This document shows positions 31,957 to 35,131 of a DNA stretch of 35,131 nt, in pieces. The stretch covers positions 1 to 35,131 of IMG/VR virus record IMGVR_UViG_3300002039_000002. The stretch is one strand, 5' to 3'. The notes under the pieces were generated by a model, which worked only from the letters and a program-made list of their open reading frames with translations, did not search any database and was not told where the DNA came from. The number at the start of each line of letters is the position of its first letter. Position 1 is the stretch's first letter. The translations under genes were made by a program, and so were the position numbers. The stretch comes from a virus.

Positions 31957-32711
31957 GTTGGCTTTCGGTTGATCCGTCAAGTCAAGTAAGCTCGCAATTT
32001 CGGCCTGCTTCTGTTGTTCGAACAGGGCAGGCCGTAGTGCAAGCGCCATCAGGCATTGGGCTTGACGCCGGTATTGTTCCAGAAAATACTGCAGCGGGTT
32101 TTCTTGTGGGAACGGCGACGGCGACAGGCTCATCGGTCGCTTGGTCATTAACTAATGACGCAAGCGGGTCATTTGTAATCAGCGCGGCGGGAGAAGTAAG
32201 AACAACACGTTCATTTGACTTTGAAACAGAAACTTCATTCAACATAACTGTAAGAGCGCAGAACAGTGGAGGATTTATAGAAACGTCATTCGAAATTATC
32301 ACGTCGAACGTGAATGAAGCCTCATCTACATTCTCAGTTTCGAGCGCTGTCATTGATGGTGGAAGGGTCGAAATTGACATTGCTCTAGTCGGTACTCCCT
32401 TTTGCACAATTTCTAATAATGATCCTGACGCTGGCGACGTGCAGACTTTCAGTTTGGATACTGATCTTAGTGGGGCGATTTCTATAAATCCATCAACTGG
32501 CATTGTTACACTTGATGATGTACAAGGCCTTAATGATGGGGATGATACGTTCATTGTTCGATCGACGGATCAAGGCGGCCTACAATCGACCGGCATAATC
32601 CCTGTTCGCATAATATCAACTGTAGTCAATCAAGCCAATGCCTTCACAGACGGAACGAACTGGGATGAAGCGGGCGACGCTGGTTTATGGTCCGATCAAA
32701 TCGCCGCTTAA
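31953..32711 (+). CDS. Cadherin-like repeat protein (putative tail fibre/adhesin)
   Basis: Two cadherin-type repeats: VPENTAAGFLVGTATATG...FVISAAGEVRTTRSFDFETETSFNITVRAQNSGG...TSNVNEA, and DPDAGDVQTFSLD...INPSTGIVTL...FIVRSTDQGGL. Confidence 0.6.
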   Translation: MSWLSVDPSSQVSSQFRPASVVRTGQAVVQAPSGIGLDAGIVPENTAAGFLVGTATATGSSVAWSLTNDASGSFVISAAGEVRTTRSFDFETETSFNITVRAQNSGGFIETSFEIITSNVNEASSTFSVSSAVIDGGRVEIDIALVGTPFCTISNNDPDAGDVQTFSLDTDLSGAISINPSTGIVTLDDVQGLNDGDDTFIVRSTDQGGLQSTGIIPVRIISTVVNQANAFTDGTNWDEAGDAGLWSDQIAA

Positions 32712-32726
32712 CAAGGGTTTTTAAAT

Positions 32727-33980
32727 ATGGCGCTGACTGCTAAGCAGAAAGAATTGATTGATGCGTTAAGAAGAAATGAAGGGAACAGGAGGGCCGCAGC
32801 AGACGATCTTGGGATTACAGAAAGAAGCGTTTATGCGCGCATCTCTCGATTGAGAGAGGCTGGAAAGATGAATGCCGATGGTTCATTACCACATGAACCT
32901 GGCGCGGGGCGTGAGATTGTTGAGGTCCGAACTTCTCTTGGAAAAGATGGCGAGGTCAAAGGACATTCGATACGTGAAAGGCCGATGCCTTCCGGCGATG
33001 AAATACTTGATCCTCAAGGGCGGCTGATCGGATCAACAACAGAGATTACCGCAGATGGTGGCAAGCGGCGCCAATGGCTTCGTCACGCGCCAGCCAACCC
33101 GGCTGTGGACGCCTTCGAGCGAATTCCGGCTATCATTGAAGCAATCGAGCCTTTACCGCCGTCACAGCGCGCCGCAGCCTCAGAAATCGACAATTCTGAT
33201 CGAGCCAACCTATACACAATCACTGACGCTCATATAGGTGCTCTCTGTTGGGCTCAAGAAGGCGGTGCGGATTGGGATTTAGCCACGGCAAGGCGTCACC
33301 TGGAAGGATGCATTGATCGCCTAACGCTGTCCCTGACGAACGCATCTCACGCTATTCTTTGCTTCAATGGCGATTTGATGCACATAAATTCTGACGATCC
33401 ATTCACGCCAACAAATAAAAATATTCTGACAGTAGACAGCAGATTTCCAAAAATAATAGACACTACAGTTGAAATATCTCTATACTCAATTAGGCGCGCT
33501 CTTGAATTCCACGAAACAGTTGATGTTGTTTTTTCTCGTGGTAATCATGATCAAGATGCAATGGTCTGGCTAACAAAAATGTTTGCTAGGCTTTTTGAGA
33601 ATGAGCCAAGGGTTAACATAATAGATGTGCCAAAACTTTACTACGCTGTGTTGTTCGGTAACAACTTTATCGGATTTCATCACGGCCATGGAAAGTCGAT
33701 CTCAAAGCCTGCAGAAATGGTTGCTGTATTTGCGTCCGAATATGCTAAACTTTGGGGAAATTCGGAGCGCCGTTACATACACACAGGCCATAAACATTAC
33801 ACAAAGCTTGACGGTTCGGCAGGCTGTGAGATAAGACAACATCCAACTATGACGGCGCGTGATGATTGGGCCGCGGGAAAAGGCTTCTTAAATCAGAGAG
33901 GTGTTCTAGGCATACAATATCATAAGAAGTTCGGTGAAACTCATATGTTCTGTTGCACACCTGAAATGCTAGAGGGTTAA
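32727..33980 (+). CDS. HTH (LuxR/sigma-r4-like) fused to a calcineurin-like metallophosphoesterase
   Basis: N-terminus LTAKQKELIDALRRNEGNRRAAADDLGITERSVYARISRLREAG, then phosphoesterase motifs TDAH (DxH), NGDLMH (GD), RGNHDQD (GNHD), HHGHG and HTGHKH. Confidence 0.8.
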   Translation: MALTAKQKELIDALRRNEGNRRAAADDLGITERSVYARISRLREAGKMNADGSLPHEPGAGREIVEVRTSLGKDGEVKGHSIRERPMPSGDEILDPQGRLIGSTTEITADGGKRRQWLRHAPANPAVDAFERIPAIIEAIEPLPPSQRAAASEIDNSDRANLYTITDAHIGALCWAQEGGADWDLATARRHLEGCIDRLTLSLTNASHAILCFNGDLMHINSDDPFTPTNKNILTVDSRFPKIIDTTVEISLYSIRRALEFHETVDVVFSRGNHDQDAMVWLTKMFARLFENEPRVNIIDVPKLYYAVLFGNNFIGFHHGHGKSISKPAEMVAVFASEYAKLWGNSERRYIHTGHKHYTKLDGSAGCEIRQHPTMTARDDWAAGKGFLNQRGVLGIQYHKKFGETHMFCCTPEMLEG

Positions 33981-33983
33981 GAA

Positions 33984-34241
33984 ATGCCAAATATTGATGC
34001 TATAAGATTTAGTATGAAGCATGTGCTTGTTGTCATAGGAATAGCATCTTCATGTGGAGCAATTGTGACCAAAGTTACTCTACATGATAACGCGATCAAA
34101 ACACATTCAGAAGCTATTGAACTGCTAACAAAGAATTCTACATTACTGCAACACCAAAGTAGAACAATTTCAAGAGTGCAAGGTCAGATTGTGAGAAAGT
34201 TAGGCATGATTGAAAGGGCCGTGACAGATGACGAAGGTTGA
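33984..34241 (+). CDS. Single-TM membrane protein (holin or i-spanin-like)
   Basis: VLVVIGIASSCGAIV TM segment followed by a helical charged tail. Lies directly upstream of the endolysin and overlaps it. Confidence 0.5.
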   Translation: MPNIDAIRFSMKHVLVVIGIASSCGAIVTKVTLHDNAIKTHSEAIELLTKNSTLLQHQSRTISRVQGQIVRKLGMIERAVTDDEG

Positions 34242-34770
34242 TCAAATCATCCAAGGTATCGTTAAGCGAGAAGGCGGATTTGTAAATCATCCAAACGATC
34301 GCGGCGGTGCTACAAAGTACGGCGTGACTATCAAGACGCTTGAAGACTGGAGAATGGATGAAGTCACGATTGAAGATGTAAAGTCGCTCACAATCGGAGA
34401 GGCATTTAAGATTTATCGAGCTAAATACTTCACTAAGCCAAGAATTTCCCTTCTTCCAGAAGAAATCCACGAGTCCATGCTTGACTGCAGCGTCCATAGT
34501 GGGCCTTCTAGGGCAGTAAAAATCATGCAAAATTGCATAGGGTTTACAGGCATAGCAACACCTATCGTTGACGGAAAAATCGGACCCATGACGATAACCG
34601 CAGCGAAAATGATGCTAAATATGATGGGATCGGAAACTGCCAATTCTGCGTTGATTGAACAAAGGAGAATGTTCCTTGAAGGAATAATGGAGGCCGACCC
34701 TACACAGGAAGTTTTTCGAAAGGGTTGGATGAACCGACTAGATCACCTGGAGAAAAGTATCAATGGTTAA
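34228..34770 (+). CDS. Endolysin, glycoside hydrolase family 108 plus PG_binding_3-like C-domain
   Basis: IVKREGGFVNHPNDRGGATKYGVT is the GH108 signature (EGG..n...D.GG.T.yG), followed by DGKIGPMT. Confidence 0.85.
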   Translation: MTKVDQIIQGIVKREGGFVNHPNDRGGATKYGVTIKTLEDWRMDEVTIEDVKSLTIGEAFKIYRAKYFTKPRISLLPEEIHESMLDCSVHSGPSRAVKIMQNCIGFTGIATPIVDGKIGPMTITAAKMMLNMMGSETANSALIEQRRMFLEGIMEADPTQEVFRKGWMNRLDHLEKSING

Positions 34771-35071
34771 TGGCGCGAGAAAAGATGACAACGGAAAGTC
34801 ACCAGTTTTCCAAGGGTTCATTAACTATTTTCCAAGAGCAATAGAAGCCGTTGCAAATGTTTCTGGATTTGGCGCAACAAAATATGCTTGGAATGGTTGG
34901 CCAAATGTTAAAGACGCATACAATAGATATTCAGATGCTCAATTCAGACACGCTTTGAAGGTAGCTAAAGGCGTCGAATACGATGATGAAAGCGAAATTG
35001 AGGAAGCCGCGCATGAAGCATGGAACGCCATGGCGCGGCTTGAACTCAAATTGAGAGAGAGGGAACTCTAA
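34763..35071 (+). CDS. DUF5664-like (dATP/dGTP diphosphohydrolase N-terminal domain) protein
   Basis: KDDNGKSP...AIEAVANVSGFGATKYAWNGW...RYSDAQFRHALKV..G..YDDESEIEEAAHEAWNAMA matches the D.GK...fGa.KY...W...dA..RH...ES...H pattern of this family. Confidence 0.55.
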   Translation: MVNGARKDDNGKSPVFQGFINYFPRAIEAVANVSGFGATKYAWNGWPNVKDAYNRYSDAQFRHALKVAKGVEYDDESEIEEAAHEAWNAMARLELKLREREL

Positions 35072-35131
35072 GCAATCCACTCACGGAACCCGAGAGCTGT
35101 CGACGGCAGCTCTTTATCCATGATTTCTTGC
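35055..35131. repeat. Terminal direct repeat copy 2 (circular-closure overlap)
   Basis: Exact 77-nt copy of bases 1-77. The contig therefore closes into a circle of about 35,054 bp. Confidence 0.95.

Noticed and set aside
31982-32554. 190-codon minus-strand ORF
   Set aside because: It lies antisense to the cadherin-repeat gene, whose repeats give a recognisable domain signature in the plus frame. It is a shadow ORF.
31953-32711. Diversity-generating retroelement targeting the cadherin-like adhesin
   Set aside because: There is no reverse transcriptase ORF and no template/variable repeat pair anywhere in the genome.
1-35131. tRNA genes, CRISPR arrays, integrase/excisionase and attachment sites
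   Set aside because: The intergenic gaps (3128-3197, 10046-10546, 11809-11970, 14091-14200, 19199-19288 and 19931-20086) were scanned. They showed no cloverleaf-compatible sequence and no regularly spaced repeats. No ORF with tyrosine or serine recombinase motifs was seen.

Overview
The window is a complete, circularly closed genome of a tailed dsDNA phage. Bases 1-77 recur exactly at 35055-35131, leaving about 35,054 bp of unique sequence. All functional calls come from motif and synteny recognition by eye, with no database search run.

Gene layout:
- A leftward arm (14-4631, minus strand) carries a divergent ThyX, an HNH endonuclease, a DUF669-type SSB-like protein, a Sak4/AAA_24 RecA-like ATPase, a VRR-NUC nuclease and two paralogous 'YGGRGI...DRIDNDGNYEPGNCRW' DNA-binding proteins.
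- A rightward arm (4630-35071, plus strand) starts with an SF2 helicase, a Cys-motif (Cas4-like?) protein and an 877-aa putative AEP primase fused to a P-loop helicase.
- A structured non-coding control region follows at 10046-10546.
- Next is a block of small middle genes: an HTH protein, an HNH endonuclease, an HExxH protein and an Rrf2-like wHTH protein.
- After a strong intrinsic terminator comes TerL, then MazG and a dCMP-deaminase-like gene.
- The structural genes follow in T7-like podovirus order: portal, scaffold, major capsid, tubular A/B-like proteins, large internal-virion proteins and a cadherin-repeat fibre.
- The arm ends with an HTH-metallophosphoesterase, a membrane protein, a GH108 endolysin and a DUF5664-like NTP-pyrophosphatase domain protein.

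No tRNA, CRISPR array, integrase, DNA polymerase or RNA polymerase was recognised.

The most interesting items:
- the 10046-10546 region, with convergent mini transcription units, palindromes and a bidirectional terminator;
- the primase/Fe-S-like helicase fusion;
- the HTH-metallophosphoesterase in a moron-like position;
- the ThyX with a broken signature motif, alongside dispersed nucleotide-pool enzymes;
- tandem in-frame micro-ORFs preceding the primase.
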